A stretch of DNA of 64,000 bases from Paraspadella gotoi. Taxonomy: Eukaryota > Animalia > Chaetognatha. Under the pieces are notes generated by a model. The model had not been told where the DNA came from, made no database searches, and saw nothing but the letters and a program-made list of their open reading frames with translations. The stretch is from positions 28,495,280-28,559,279 of the forward strand of contig CM119263.1 in NCBI GenBank assembly GCA_051294375.1, written 5' to 3'. This document shows, piece after piece, positions 12,476 through 27,100 of the stretch. The number at the start of each line of letters is the position of its first letter. The stretch's first letter is position 1. Both the position numbers and the translations under genes were made by a program.

Positions 12476-14911
12476 CTTAGTAAAAGTTTCTGTTTTCCAA
12501 TAATTTTATAAAAGTTTCTGTCAGTTTTGTTTTAAATTCGATTCTGTATTTTTTTTTCAACAAACTTCATCGTCGACTTCGTTTTGAATCGACAAAAAAG
12601 TCATCGCTTTAACGACTTCCGTTTTTGGCGCCACGCCCATCGATCAACGCCTCGACGCGTAGAGGACGAAGCGGCGTCGCCAGGAAAGAAACGACGCCGC
12701 GATGGAATTCGACGCCGGTTTGTAAAGCGGAGTCGCGACGAAACACTTAACTCCAAAGCTTTTATGGCATTGTGCTTTTACGTATACCTTTGTTGTTTGT
12801 TTGTAAAACTTAAGTAAATAATCTTAATTTCTTTCCGTCTGGTGTCAAACTTTTTCGTCTTATTACTAATATAAGCTTTGATAAGAGCGCCCTCTTAGCG
12901 TCAATAGAGTTCCACACTCTTCGCGCCAATTCCCTCTCAACTCAGCGTCATTTCCATCGACAAAACTCTGAGCCAACTCCTCGCGTCAATTCGTCACGTG
13001 ATCTTCGCGCGCGATATTCTGCGCCTCACGTGACCTCACGCCAGTTTCGCGTGAAGTTGTGACGCGGCTTTTCTCTCTCTCTCTNNNNNNNNNNNNNNNN
13101 NNNNNNNNNNNNNNNNNNNNNNNNNNNNNNNNNNNNNNNNNNNNNNNNNNNNNNNNNNNNNNNNNNNNNNNNNNNNNNNNNNNNNNNNNNNNNNNNNNNN
13201 NNNNNNNNNNNNNNNNNNNNNNNNNNNNNNNNNNNNNNNNNNNNNNNNNNNNNNNNNNNNNNNNNNNNNNNNNNNNNNNNNNNNNNNNNNCGACGACGAC
13301 GAAGACGACGACGACGACGAAGACGACGACTAAGAGAACGCTCAAGACGACGACGACGAAGACGCCGACGAGAAATCCACTTCAAAAGACGTTTTTTTGT
13401 CCCACGAACGCGAGCGTCATTCGCCCGGGAACGAAAAACTCTTGTTTCTGTTGTTTTTTTTTGTTTTTTTTGTTTTTTTGCTATAATGTTAACTATTAAT
13501 ATACTTATAAATTCTCCTACTTCTTTCTTCATTAATTTCAATTTTTCAGAACATTGGGTATGTTTTTATTTGAACTATTAAAAATTTTCTTTAAACGATA
13601 AAGCAATGAAATATGAACATCAACGTCTTCACCGAATTTTTTTTCTTCGCCTCTTTCATCTTCACAACTTCACTTTTTTTCCCATCGTGAATTTTTTTTC
13701 TCCTTCCGCGTTTGTGATTTTCATTCCGTCCACTGGACCATTTCTACTTCTTCTCCATTACGTAAATGATGTGAGGCAAATGATTTCCATGCCCCATCTC
13801 CGTCTCTATCTTCGCCCCTCTCGCTCTCCATTCCGCTTCCATAAAAGAAAAGAAAAAAATGAATGTTCCTCCGATCGCGCCAACTTTTTATGAGAGGGCG
13901 TTCCCACGATTTAACCAAATTGAAGAAACATTAACCGAGAACAGATATTGTTTTATATTCGAAATTAATTGTAGAGAAAACTTTTCAACTTTTCAATTTC
14001 TTTGGAGTTTATGGTTAGATTATGGACTTAATATTACGAAAGAATACTATCCATGTAAATTAAAATACCAAAAACAAATTCTTTCCTTATATTGCTTTAT
14101 ATTGCTCTGTCAAATTTAGTTTTAAAATCTACAGTAGTTTAAATATAAAATATCGCTTTGAATTTACAAAGGAAAAAAAAATGTTTTCTTTTATTTTTAA
14201 ACATAAAAAACTTTAAACATAAAAAATAATTTAAATACTAAAAAGAGCCTCTTTTTACATAAAACTCAGCCAACTTTAAACTAACCAGTAAATTCTTTTC
14301 AAAAAAAGTTTTCTTTTTCCAAACACAGACAGACTCTTAAAAGGTTTTTTATCAAAAGAAAATGTTCTTTTGCCCCAAATTATTTTTTTTTCTTCGCGCC
14401 TTCTCGTCGTCTCCCTTTTTAATATTACTTTTTTAATTATTTAAATTTCAAAGTGAAAAGAAAAGTCCTCCGCAAACCTATAATATATACAAAAAAAGGA
14501 CAAGATCTCCAACATGTCTGTAATGAGACGCTTCAGTGAGAAGTTTCGGGGATTTAAAATTTTCTTATTCTTCTTTTTTTGTTCCAAATTGTCTTTACGC
14601 TTTCTTTCTCTTCTTTTTTCCACTCTCTAAACCTCCCTTACTCTCTCGTCATACGTAAACTATTTTTCTAAACTTTCTCCTTCTCCTTTCCCCATTCCAT
14701 GTTCCCTTTTCCCTTTTTAATTGCGCCGCGAGTACTCACGGTCGGTCGGTCTGTCGGTCGGTCCATTGGTATGTCTGTCCGTCGGTTTGTCTCACTTAGG
14801 TTAAAAATACATATAATTTTCATTTTCCTTTTCCCTTTCCCCCTTTCCGCTTTTTTCTTTCCCTTTTTTCTTTCCCCTTCATCCCTTTTCATTTTCTTTT
14901 TTCCTTTCCTA

Positions 14912-14947
<36 letters not shown>

Positions 14948-15408
14948 NNNNNNNNNNNNNNNNNNNNNNNNNNNNNNNNNNNNNNNNNNNNNNNNNNNNN
15001 NNNNNNNNNNNNNNNNNNNNNNNNNNNNNNNNNNNNNNNNNNNNNNNNNNNNNNNNNNNNNNNNNNNNNNNNNNNNNNNCTCTCTCTCTCTCCCCCTCGA
15101 GCCTTTTCTCGCGAATTTCAATTTCACACTGTGTTGTTACTCACTCCTTTTATTTCTCACTTTTTAACTTTTTATCCAGCGCCATTTTTTTTGCCTGCAT
15201 CACGTCTCTCTCTCTCTCGCTCGCTCTCACTCTATCTCACTCTCCCACTCGCTCTCTCTCCGCGTCATTATCTCTTTCACTCTCTCTCCATCCCTCCCTC
15301 TTTCCCCTATTCTCCTTCGATTCTCGATGTCTGACTCTCTCTCTCTTTCTCTCTCTAATTTCTCTTCAATGTTTACTCACTCGAATCTTCTGGCCGCGTA
15401 CTTATTCC

Positions 15409-15490
<82 letters not shown>

Positions 15491-16079
15491 TGTTTTGTTC
15501 CCGCTTTGGGCGATACCTAATTATCAAATCCCAGTGTGAGCTACGAATCCCATCGCAGGAAATCATTATTTCTCGTCGTCCCTCTCTTTTAGTTTCACCC
15601 AGTTTCACTTCACTTCACCTCTATTATCCTTTTTTAAATCACATCTCGTTTCATTTATTCCCCCTTCACTTTTCTATTAACTTCTCTATTTAACTTAGTT
15701 TTTCATCTCCCTTTGGTTATCTATTAAATTCTCCTTAGATGTATGGTTCATGCTTATTGTTTAAACTTACCAATATCGTACTTGTTTTTCGTAAAGATCC
15801 CTTTATTCCCGAACGTTAACTTACTTTTTCATCCCCAAATCTTTACCACTCTGCTGCTGCATGTGTAAAGGCCAAAACGAGACTTCTCTTCAGTTTGGAA
15901 ACCGACTTATCTATCTGACACTTTACCTCTTTTCTTGCCTCTTTAGCTAAACGAATCATCCTCCCATTGCAGAGCTTCGCTTCCACCTGAATTTTCATGG
16001 AATTTTTATATACATTTATGTTTTTATATACATTTACAACTTAAATCTTAACTTGCTTTATAAAATTTTCCATTAAATA

Positions 16080-16260
16080 AAATTGGTTCAACCATTATAC
16101 AAATTATCCATTCATTTAATAAATAAGCTATCTTGCCCCGGACTTTAGACGGGTTTTGGAAGTTTAAGGCCTCAATCACTCTTACAAGATTATTATTATT
16201 ATCTTATCAGGTCCCTGCATGCTTTAAATCAAGATTCTCTCACAGTCTCGTTTATTCACT
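16080..16260 (+). mobile_element. Dispersed repeat family, copy 2
   Basis: Matches 8240-8350 and continues (CAAGATTCTCTCACAGTCTCGTTTATTCA) in register with the inverted copy at 39410-39580. Confidence 0.7.
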
Positions 16261-16419
16261 GATTTTTCTATCAACGAAGTGGTACCTACCTACCTACCTA
16301 TATATATTTCATTTATCTTATCTAAATTCTTTGATAGTTCATTTTTCGATCCTGCTTCCAACTTCTCTTTTACCTGGAGGTCTTTTTATAAAATCAGGCA
16401 GTGTACCATGTCTCATCTC

Positions 16420-17640
16420 CATCCTCACCCATGATCGGCTCACTTATCTTTCTCCATCTCTCACCGCCAATCTTTTAACTTCAATCCCCTCAAAGACCAT
16501 CCCCTCTCCATACGCCTCACGTCCCCATCCTCAAGTCCAAGGCCATCACCCAGATCCTCACCAGCCATCCCACTCCATTCCTCTGACCCCAATCTTTACT
16601 CAACCTCAACTCCATTCCTCACTCCATCCTCACATCCATTCCTTTCACCCCATCCTCACCCCATCTCTTACTCCAATCCCTCACCCCATCTTTACTCAAT
16701 CCCACCTCGCCAATTCCTCTATCCATCCTCACTCCATCTCTCACATGCCATCACTCACACTTCCTTGCCCTCGACTCAATCCCCTCCCTCCGCAATTCAC
16801 TTACCATCCTCAACACCACGGGAGAAGCCGTTTTTCAACCAGGGGAGTAGAGGAGTGAGACGCGGCTCCCATCATTACTCAGATCCCACTCCATACGTCA
16901 CTTCCATCCTCACATCCAGCTCCTCACCCAGTCCTCAACTCAAGCCATCCTCACTCCGATCCATCCTCACAGCCCATCATTTAGAACTCCATCCTCACTC
17001 CATCCTCCAACCACTCTCTTCCATCCTCTTCGTCTTCCCGCATCTCCGCTTCCATCCTATCTCTATCTCCATCCGCTCAACTTACTCCATCCTCAGTCTC
17101 TCATTCGCTCACTCATCCTCCTGATCATCCTCCAAATCCTCAATCCTCCCATCCTCAACTCTGCACATTCCTCACTCCATCCTCTTCACTGGCATCCTCA
17201 CTACCATCCTTACTCCAATCCTCACGACTGTCCGGATTCGCTCACCTCTTCGCAGATCCTCACCGTCAGCATGCCCATCTTTAACCCCATCTCAACCCCG
17301 ACCGCATCTCACTCCATTCTTCACTCTATTGACTTTTCCATCCAACCTTCTACCNNNNNNNNNNNNNNNNNNNNNNNNNTTACTTTTTCCATCACTCACG
17401 TTCAGTAATCCTCTCTTCCAATCCGCTCACCCCTATCCTTTCACTCATCCGATCACTCCCTCCCTTCAAACCTGCCGTAACTTCCTCACTACATCATCCT
17501 CACCCATTCTCTTGATGCTCCATCCCTCACTCCATCTCTCACTGATCCCCATTCTTACACCCGATCCTCTACTTCCAATCCCTCTTCTCCCATCTCACTC
17601 CGAATCTCCTTCGCTATTTTTCACTCCATCCTTACCCCAG
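16420..17640. repeat. Degenerate CATCCTCACTC 11-mer low-complexity array
   Basis: Many catcctcactc variants; cleaner inverted copies (GAGTGAGGATG) at 19490-19560. Confidence 0.75.
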
Positions 17641-19928
17641 CCCAACCTCGTTATAAATATCTAACTATTATAGTCCCTCTCTCACCACGGCTGTATGAGG
17701 CAGTGTCTTCCTTCCACTTGTCTTTTTTTTTTTTTACTCTTTATTTTCTTACGTCTAACCTTTGCTTCCTAATTATTTCTGCATTTTAAGCTGTACGTAC
17801 ACGGAGTATAGAATATACATTTTCCTCGACCGATCATGTTGTTCCCAGTTTAATTGTATTCCTCAGCCCTTTACGAGTCCTTCGTCGTGAAATATACGCT
17901 ATTACCCACTGTTAGCTCGGAGCTGTCTCCTCTCTCATCTCTCTCTCTTCTCATCTCTCATTCCTCTCTCTCTCTCTCCTCTCTCCTCTTCTCTCTCTCT
18001 CTCTCTCTCTTCACGCCTCCCTTTTACATTTCCTCTCTCTCTCTAGTCTGCTCTCTTTATACCTTTCTCTCTCCCCTTCTCTCTTCATTGCTGCTAGTAA
18101 TTCTTATTTTTATTTTTGTCTGATTTTTTTCTACGAACCTCTATACGCTTATACAATAATATCAGATTGGCGCACCGTATACTGTGGTCTGTTTATATAC
18201 GCTTACTGGGAGCGTATCTAATGATTCACTCCATCAGGAGTGTTGTTTCTGTGCGTTTGCCATTTACGTGCGCAGGCGGGTCTTCAAGATTGCTCATCGC
18301 GCTGCAACATAATGTGTGTGATACATGTGATAATGCTTGTTTTCCCACTGTCGGCCATCAAATGACAGAAGGTAGTATGATGTGCCAGATTACGTGTTGA
18401 CGACACTTACTACTGAGCTCGTGAAATAGTAAGGAAAGTCTGATACTCAGCAAACCCGTCGCAAGATTTTGAATAAAATTATCATTGTAATTGCGGGAAA
18501 AAAAAAAACACAAATACTACAAAATTCAGTCGAACTTCTGTTTTTAATAGTATCACGTTCGCGCTCAGAAAGAAAAAAACGACAAATTGACATTCGAAAT
18601 AACAATAACAACAACGACGACGACTCCAACGACGACAACAACACGACATAGTGAAGCACAAATAGCGGAAAGAGAGAGAGAGAGAAAAAAAGAGGGAATA
18701 ATCCAATTTTTTATTCTCCTTTTTTCACGCGAATGATAAATAGCGAAGGCAACGATTTTTCACGTGGCCTTGAATTTTAAATCTTAACAACTTTTTTTTT
18801 TTCGTCCTCGCTTGGACGGAAATTTTTTTTTTTGTCCTTTAACTCCGTTGTCTGTAAGGATGCATGTACGGATTGGATGCGAGATTGGAGAATGGAGATT
18901 GAGAATGTGAGCAATGAGGGCAATAGTTAGAAATATTAGCATGAATGTAGGAGAGAGAGAGGAGAGATGAGAGACGAGAGAGAGAGCATCGATCCTCAAA
19001 AGAGAGAGTGAGAGAGAGAAAGGAGGAAAGAGAGAGAGGACAGTAGATTACCCCTCCAAAAAAACGAGAGGGAATAACGATGAGATAGAGATTGACAGTA
19101 AGGATCGGGAGAGAGACCGCAGAATCGTGTGAGACAGAGACGAGAGAGAGACAGGGAAGAGAGAGAGAGAGAGAGAGAGAAAGAGAAGAGAGACAGTAGC
19201 CTTCTCGCCCTCTCACAAAAAAAACGTGATATAAGTAGTGACGAGAAAATGAGAGAGAGAGAGACCTCCAGATAAAAAAACTCGTCAGGAGTTACATTCA
19301 GACGAACATCAAAAAGAAGCGATCGGACACGAAGCGTGGGAAGCGCGGGATTGTGTGGGGGGGGCGGCAGGGGGGAGGCAAGGGGGGAATGACAGGGAGG
19401 AGGACAGGGGAAGGCAGGGGACGGAGGACAGATTGAGGGTATGTGGACGTGGAACCGGGTCGTTAGAGCCAGTTGGGAGGCCACACTGTGAGTGAGGATG
19501 GAGTGAGGATGGAGTGAGGATGGAGTGAGAATGAAGTGAGGATGGAGTAAGGGTGAGGTGTAGTGAAGGATAAAGAGAAAGATAGTGAAGATAAAATGTA
19601 GAAATATAGTAATATAGACTAAAGAAGATAATGAAAACATACGGATAGAAAGATGGAAAAGATAGAGAGACCGAAAGATTGCAAGAAAAAAAGAAAATGT
19701 ATAAAAGGGAGATGCAACGAATTGAGACGCACAGATGCAGATCTGAAACATAAAGGGAAAAAAAACGGGAGCGAATAAGAAATGAAAAATGTCGGCGTCG
19801 GTGGCGGCTGACGGCAGAGATGGCGGCTGCGGCGGCTGCGGCGGCGGCGGCGGCGACGACAGCAGACATCTTCGCTTCGACTCGTTTGACTTTGAAGGGC
19901 GAAAGATGGTTGCGATCTCAGAGGACGG

Positions 19929-20017
<89 letters not shown>

Positions 20018-20634
20018 TTTCCTTCAAACTAAGCGACGGGGTGATCCGTGATTTGTGAAAACGAAAGACGTTCACTAATTTACTCAATCACTGGGGCCAC
20101 AGTGTGTCAGTGGGGATAACTAGCAGTCGCACTCACCTTTACCTAGCCTCTATATATGCTTCCGTGAACTTCCTCTTTCTTACTCAACTACAAATTAAGA
20201 TCATTCAATTAATATAATTATTACTTAGCGTTTTGTTTCTTTTTAATATCGAGTTTTTCTCCGCACAATAAACTTCCTGGCTACTTTTCACATTGCTTTG
20301 CTTCCCTAAATCTCTCCTAATCTAACAAGATTAAATCTTTTCCCACCAAATCTCTCCTAATCTAATTAGATTAAATCTTTCCCACCGAATAATCTGCTTC
20401 GCATCGATTTCTGTTCATTTGCTTTTTTTCTCCAAAGAATTTTCGGTTTCTCTTTTCTCGCTTTTTTTATTAGTTCCGCATCCCCCTCTTTTATTTTGGG
20501 GGGAGGCTCGGGGGGTAAAGTGGGCCTCGGGGGTGTTAGGGGGGGAGCGGAAATCTTAGAGCCTTCAATTTATTCCTCCCGTTTTCATTCTTTCCTGAAA
20601 ACTCCCGCTTTTCCGGTGAGATTTCCACTTGGCA

Positions 20635-20719
<85 letters not shown>

Positions 20720-23600
20720 CTCTATCATCCGCCTCCACTTTACATTTCCTCCCCATTTTTTTCTCGTTATCTTCTTCGGCCAATTATCTTTCCTTTTCTC
20801 TTTATCCTCTTTTCTCTCTCTTTCCTTCTCCGCCTTCCTCCTTCATTTCCTCCTCCTCCTCCTCTTCCCCCTCCTTCCTCATCACTGATTCGCTTCAAGT
20901 TTTCGCGCGTCGCCTTGTCTTTGGCTTTTTTGTCGTCGTCGTCGTCGTCGTCGTCGTCTTTTTCATTGATATCAATTTTTTTAATCTTCATCATCGTCTT
21001 CGAAACTTTTTCCTCGACGTCGTCTTTGTTATCGTCGTCGTCATCGTCGTCATCCTCTTTGTCAACGTAACAGTCATGTTCTTCATCGTCATCGTCTTCG
21101 TCTTCCTCGTCCTTTTTATTGATCTAATATTTTTTACTTAACATCATCATCGCAACTTTATCAATATCGTCATCGTTGCGACATCTCTGTCATCGTCAAA
21201 ATCATTTTTTAACGTCGTCATCATCATCATTATCATCATCATCACTTATGTTGTCATCTTTTTCCTTGATGTCGATTTTTTTTTATCTTCATCATTTTCT
21301 TAGCAACTTTTTCGTCATTGTCCTCGTCACTCTCGTCTTTGTCATCGACGTCATCGTCATCTTCATCATCTTCATCATCGTCATCATCATAGTCGTCTCC
21401 ATCGCCTTCAGCCTCGTTGACCTCGTCCAATGTGTTTCGATTGTTTCTTGTCCTCGGCAACTTTGTTCTCATTGACCGTAATGTCCACTTTGTCCTCACC
21501 ATTTTCTCGTTCCATTTTCTCAATGCCTTTTTTTATAATATTTACTCAACAACCTTTCCTTTCTTATCATCGGTCCAATCTACTTTCTCTTATCTCCAAA
21601 ACTCTCTCTTTTTCCTTATATCATCCTTCTTTTCTTTTCCAGTTAGATTTCACTTTTCCTTTTTCTGAAATCCTTTCTTAATTCCTTCTTCCTAAGTTTT
21701 TCTCTCTACTTTTTCCTCGCTTTTTTCCTCTCAATTTTTTTCCTCCTGAAAAAACTTGTCATTTTGATATCTTTAAGTAAGTTACCTATGTGTTTTTAAG
21801 TATTCCCTGTTCAGCATGCTCTCCTCTTATTAGTTCCTATTCTGAACCATTGATCATCTGTTATCTTTGATAAGCTTTTTATCCTTTCTTCTCCCAACTT
21901 CCTTCTCATGTCTTCTCCCCACCATCTTCCAATCCATCTTCTCATGAAATTGTCATCGATCGAAAATCTCACCAAGAGATGACCTCGATTTTTTCTCACG
22001 AATTCCTCCCTTTCCTTCTTTCATTTCTTATTCCTAATTTCCCTACCTTTCATCACCTTCTTCCCCTCTTTCACTTCGTCTCTCTACTTCTTCTCTCCCT
22101 TTTTAATCCCCCCACTTTTCTTTCCCTTTTCAACTTTCTTCTGAAGTCCTTCATTTCCCTTCCCCTCCCCCCATTTCTCCATTCACCTCTTCCCCCTCTC
22201 CCCTCCCTCTTCCCCATCCTCCATTCCCCTTCCCCTCCACCCAACATCGATCCGATCTTTTTCCTTTCCCTCGACCGCCACCTTTTTTTCCCCGCCTTAT
22301 TTGAAATTCCCTTTTTTTCTTCCCCATCGGATTCCATCTTATTAAACGTCAGCGACGCGACAGGAATTGCGTTTTGCATTTGCACCCGCCTCGGCACCTG
22401 CAACGACGTTTGACCCTTTTTCTCGCCTCAGCAACTGGATCGGGTTCGACCTCGGCACCTGTCGCTAAACCTGATCCCTTTTCTGACCCAAGCATCTCCA
22501 CCAACAGATAACCTTTCAGATACTGTGGCACCTTTTCTCTTGGTAATTCAATTAGCATCTGTTCTCGATCACAAAACGCCGAGAAGCCATAGCGGCTTTA
22601 CCCTATCTTTTACTTTAAAACATTACTGGGTAGTGGGTACCTACTATGATTTGTACTTTTTGCAGTCAAACTTTTTATCTCTTCAACAATTTGTTCTGTA
22701 CTTAGTGTTAGTGTTAGTGTTAGTGCTTTCTTTTTTAACTATTGTGTGAAAAAGAACAAATATTGGGTAAAACCTATTATAATTACAAAACTTTTTTAGT
22801 AACGCTATTTGCAGAAAATTGTTTATGAAAACTCGTAGAAGCTTATTTTCATACGGGAAGACGTTTCAATGATTTGAACATTAGTTAGAATGACAACATC
22901 ACGGGTAACCAGACTAAAAATTGACCTTAAAACAGGTGTTAGTTAAAATTGCGGTAGCCGACGAAATTCAAATTTTAATGGGAACAGCATTAAACTAATC
23001 CATTATAAGTATTAATTTTTGTGTTAAAATTTTGCAAAAATTAAAATTATTATATTGCTATATAAAGTCAAAATGTTTTTTTTAAATATTTTAGGTTTTT
23101 TAATTGATTCTGATAGAGATTAAAAAGTTAAGCAAAAAATGTTATTACAACTTATAAAAAAATTTATATTTTATTACTGAAAATTAGTAAAAACTATTAA
23201 AATTATCGGATGATGATGATCATGATAATTTTTTAAGGTTTTTCTTAATTTTGACCCACTTATCCTCAAAATATTGAAAAAAGAATTATACTTTGTGTAG
23301 ACAACTTTTTATAAGCTATCTGAATCTGTTTTTAAAAATTAAAATTTTCTAAACAAAATTTTGACATTTCCTATCTATAAATAAATATATAAAAAAGTAA
23401 TTCTAGCCATTTTCAAAAATTTTGGTCCATTGAAAGTTTTGTCAGAAATGTATGAAGTTTCATTTGGGAAGGTTCCCAAATCAAACTTCTGACCCACCCC
23501 ATTGACAAAGATTGGCCCTAGTAAAAGTTATATAAAAGTTAAAACCATCCAATGCTACATAATAAAAAACTTAATCAATTTTCGGTTGGAAAAGACTAAA

Positions 23601-24153
23601 TTATGAAAGTCCTTCCCCTTTTGCAACCATTCCAAGCAGCTCCTTTACATTGGCAGCAAATACCCCGGCCCGCTGTTCCGAAATCACGTGGGTTTCAAAA
23701 GCAATCGACCAACATAGTTTTTCTCCGCAGGACATGGCCACATTCATCAGGCAACCCTCATGAGAATATGAAGCGGAAAAAGCAGAGTCGATTTCAAATA
23801 TTTGTTCAGCCTCGTTCTCGATAAATGTACCAGTGTTGACTAATATATAATCGTAGGGGATTCCTTCGCGCAAAATCTTGTTTGGGTCTGGATTAGCGGC
23901 TTCTTGACGCCAGATCTCCGGTTGACCATTGTAGAGGTACTCCTCTGATCGCATAAAATCGCTTGCGGGTTGTTGGATAATCGATTCGTGAACGGCGTCG
24001 CTGATCGATTTGGCAAAAAACCAGAACGATTGCTTGAGCTCTGTCACTTTTGAACTCACGTTTCGTGACATGCTGGTGCTGCTGGAGTAGAGACCAAAAG
24101 CATCGGGAGGCATCGTCTTCTCTCCCAAATTGCGCAGGTTTTGAGAAAATTGT
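23601..24153 (-). CDS. Acyltransferase exon 5 (RQFSQNLRN...GEGLS stop)
   Basis: Acceptor ctttcactttgcag; phase-2 join gives AGA; runs into ORF 23601..24128 ending TAA. Confidence 0.88.
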
Positions 24154-27100
24154 CTGCAAAGTGAAAGGATAACTGGAATTAGCTAAGCTGCTTATATTGC
24201 TTGCCCAAAGGCCTGAGAATGAATCTCTGATGAACCAAAAAGCTCTTCTGGACCTTGTAGAAGTAAATAAAGCTGAAAATATTTACACTGAATTAAAAAT
24301 AATTCAATGAGCTTGATTATCAAGAGATGCGATGAGCAATCAATTTGATGAATTTGAAATCTTTGCAAAAAAAATTGATTTCAAGTTGTTAATAAAGAAT
24401 TAAGCAAAATTTTAACAAAAAAAAACGTCAAACATTTTTCTATTTCTTAAAAAAAACAAAAAAACTTACTTCTCTCAATATGCAATGATTTCTTTTGTAT
24501 CACCGGATTTGGCTCACGGGGTATATGTTGTAATTCAATCGGATAACGTGAAAACGTAATTAAGTTAATTTGCCGCAACATCTTTGATTGGCCGTTCCTT
24601 ATTTCCCCAACTTTAATTTATTTGATGTTTTATTATCGACGTCTAGCAGGCAAACTAATTAACTCTGTTAACATCACAAATATATCACAAACCTTTTTAC
24701 ATGGAGCACGTCGGGCAAGACTGCGTCAGCGGGTTTCAGTTCAATCAGAGTTTGAATCAGCGCCAAATCTGCCAATGCCATGAGCATCCCTTGCATCTTG
24801 CAATCGTGTTCTCGACACCGACGGAGCAGGTTGGTCGTTCCATCAAATTCCATGGTGATTAATTTTCTTTCAATCACTTCAGGAATATGTGGTTTTGGAG
24901 CGAAGAGAAGAATTGCGAGTTGTAATTGAGCTGGGGGAGCTGTGGCTTCCATTGATGGATCCACTCTGCGCAGACGATGGAGCATCTCTCCCAAGACTTC
25001 GACGTATGAAGGTGGAAGTTCATTATTGATGATAGGAGGTGTAATTATGGAATCAGAATGAGAGCAGAGAGTCAGTTCATTTATCAGTTGATGCATGAAC
25101 ATTTTGACAGAGAATCCATCGCAAATGGCGTGATGGAAACCTAGGATCAGTGTCTGTAAAAAAATTGCCAGTAATAATCTTAAGTTATAAAAGTTTGTAA
25201 TTAAAAAATAGGATGAATAAAGAAAAGGAAGTAGCAGCTGAAAAAGTTGATATTAATATTAAGTCCCTTAGTTATGATGGATTCAATCAAAACTTGAATC
25301 ATAACAGTGATGACAAATTTTTATCAACATTCAGAACAAATAACACTTTAAATTTGATCCATAAAATCCTGTTAACACTTTTAGGCTTACGTGCTTGTGT
25401 GTTTCCATGTCTTTAACACTTTTCAGCTTTTGAACTTTCCACATCGGACCAATACTCGTATTAAAGCTTTTCATTGACATTTCGATCAAGTGCTTTTTCC
25501 AATTATTCGTGTCCAGAACCTCCAATTCTGGACGAAATTCGTTGATTTCTTCAAAAACCAAAGTCTTAGCATTTTTTTCTTTTGGATTCACATTGCTTCA
25601 GGATCGAAAAAAATATGAAGACATTTTAAGTTCAGTCTGTCTATGTCTGTCTTATGTCTCATTATCACTAAACTATTCTATAAAAAGTAAAATTAATTTT
25701 AATGCTCTCTATATTTCATTTACCTGTTTGTTTTTAACTTGTCTATAATTTTCATCCTTAAAATCGGGTAAGTGGCTGCAATTCTGCCCAATGCTATTCT
25801 TAAAGCATTGATGTCCATGTCAATCTTTCCATTAATGAAAATGACGCGTGTGACATTCTTGGGCGGAGATCGATAGGGAACATCATAGGAAGCCTGAAAA
25901 AAATAAGTTTGAGCAAACAATTTAGGATCTGCCTACGATAATTAAGCGGTAATCAGGTAATCAGATGATGAATCACCATAATTCTTTAAATTTGTGATCG
26001 TGTCTGATCATAACAGACCATACCATACCCATTTAAATAAGATATATCGATGGTTTATTTATCGGGGACCTTATCCTAGTAATTATATGGTACTTCAGTT
26101 TGCTTCAGTATACTGCAGTTTCAATTTTTTAACTAACTGGTTTATACTGAGTGCTATTATACAGTTTTGGCTTAAAATAGAAATTTTATTTTATATGTGA
26201 GAAATCCATAAACAGTACTCTCTCAATACCACCATAAAGAAACCCATTAGGTTGATCATTATAACTTTTGCAGAAGTGCAAATATTTATAAAGTTGATTT
26301 GACTGGTTTCTGGTTGCCTCCCATACTAATGTTTTTCGACATAGCAAAACTAAATACATAAATATCATGTCACGAGAAATATACGTGATAAGGCAGTCAC
26401 GGTGGCGAAACACATTTGAATTACTGTTCTTGTTTTTAAATTTAATCCAATTTAGTCTAATATAGTATGAGAAGTAATCTAGCAATTTTTAATATAATAG
26501 AGTATGTTTTTTTCAATTGTAACATTTCCTGTGGCGAGATCTCAGAGTCCCTTGACTATAGATACTTATATCTTTTTATTTTTTTTACCCTTTAATGTTT
26601 TACGTAGTCACAACCAATAAAAACTTAGTTAAATTTGAAAGATATAGTATGCAAAATGTAGCATTTTGCCTGCACTTCAATGTGGTATAGATTTTATATC
26701 ATTTAATTTTTAGATGCTTAGTGACTTTTCAGAATAATAAGGAGATGATTTTTAGTCGGATCTGCTTATCAGCAGATCCCGACTTTATAATTCACTTTGT
26801 CGGTCCATCAGTCCGCCCCCTCAATATTGTCGGGCACACCCTTATATCATGTCAGAACATCAAATTATGATAAATTATGCAAAAAAAATGATGTCCGTCC
26901 GTCCGTCCGTCCGTCCGTCCGTCCCACCTTAGCAAAAAACACCAATTGGATGGATGGATTGGAATGAAATTTTGTGTGTGGGTAGGGAAGTGTGTGATTG
27001 AGCTGGAAATGAAGTTTCGATGGAATCGTCCAAGTGGAAATAAGTTTAAATGGAAAAAACAAAAAAAATATATTTCACTATTTGAACACCCATTGCTCAT

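Noticed and set aside
20093-20145. tRNA/SINE-like head GGGGCCACAGTGTGTCAGTGG
   Set aside because: Only an A-box-like segment; no B box or cloverleaf.
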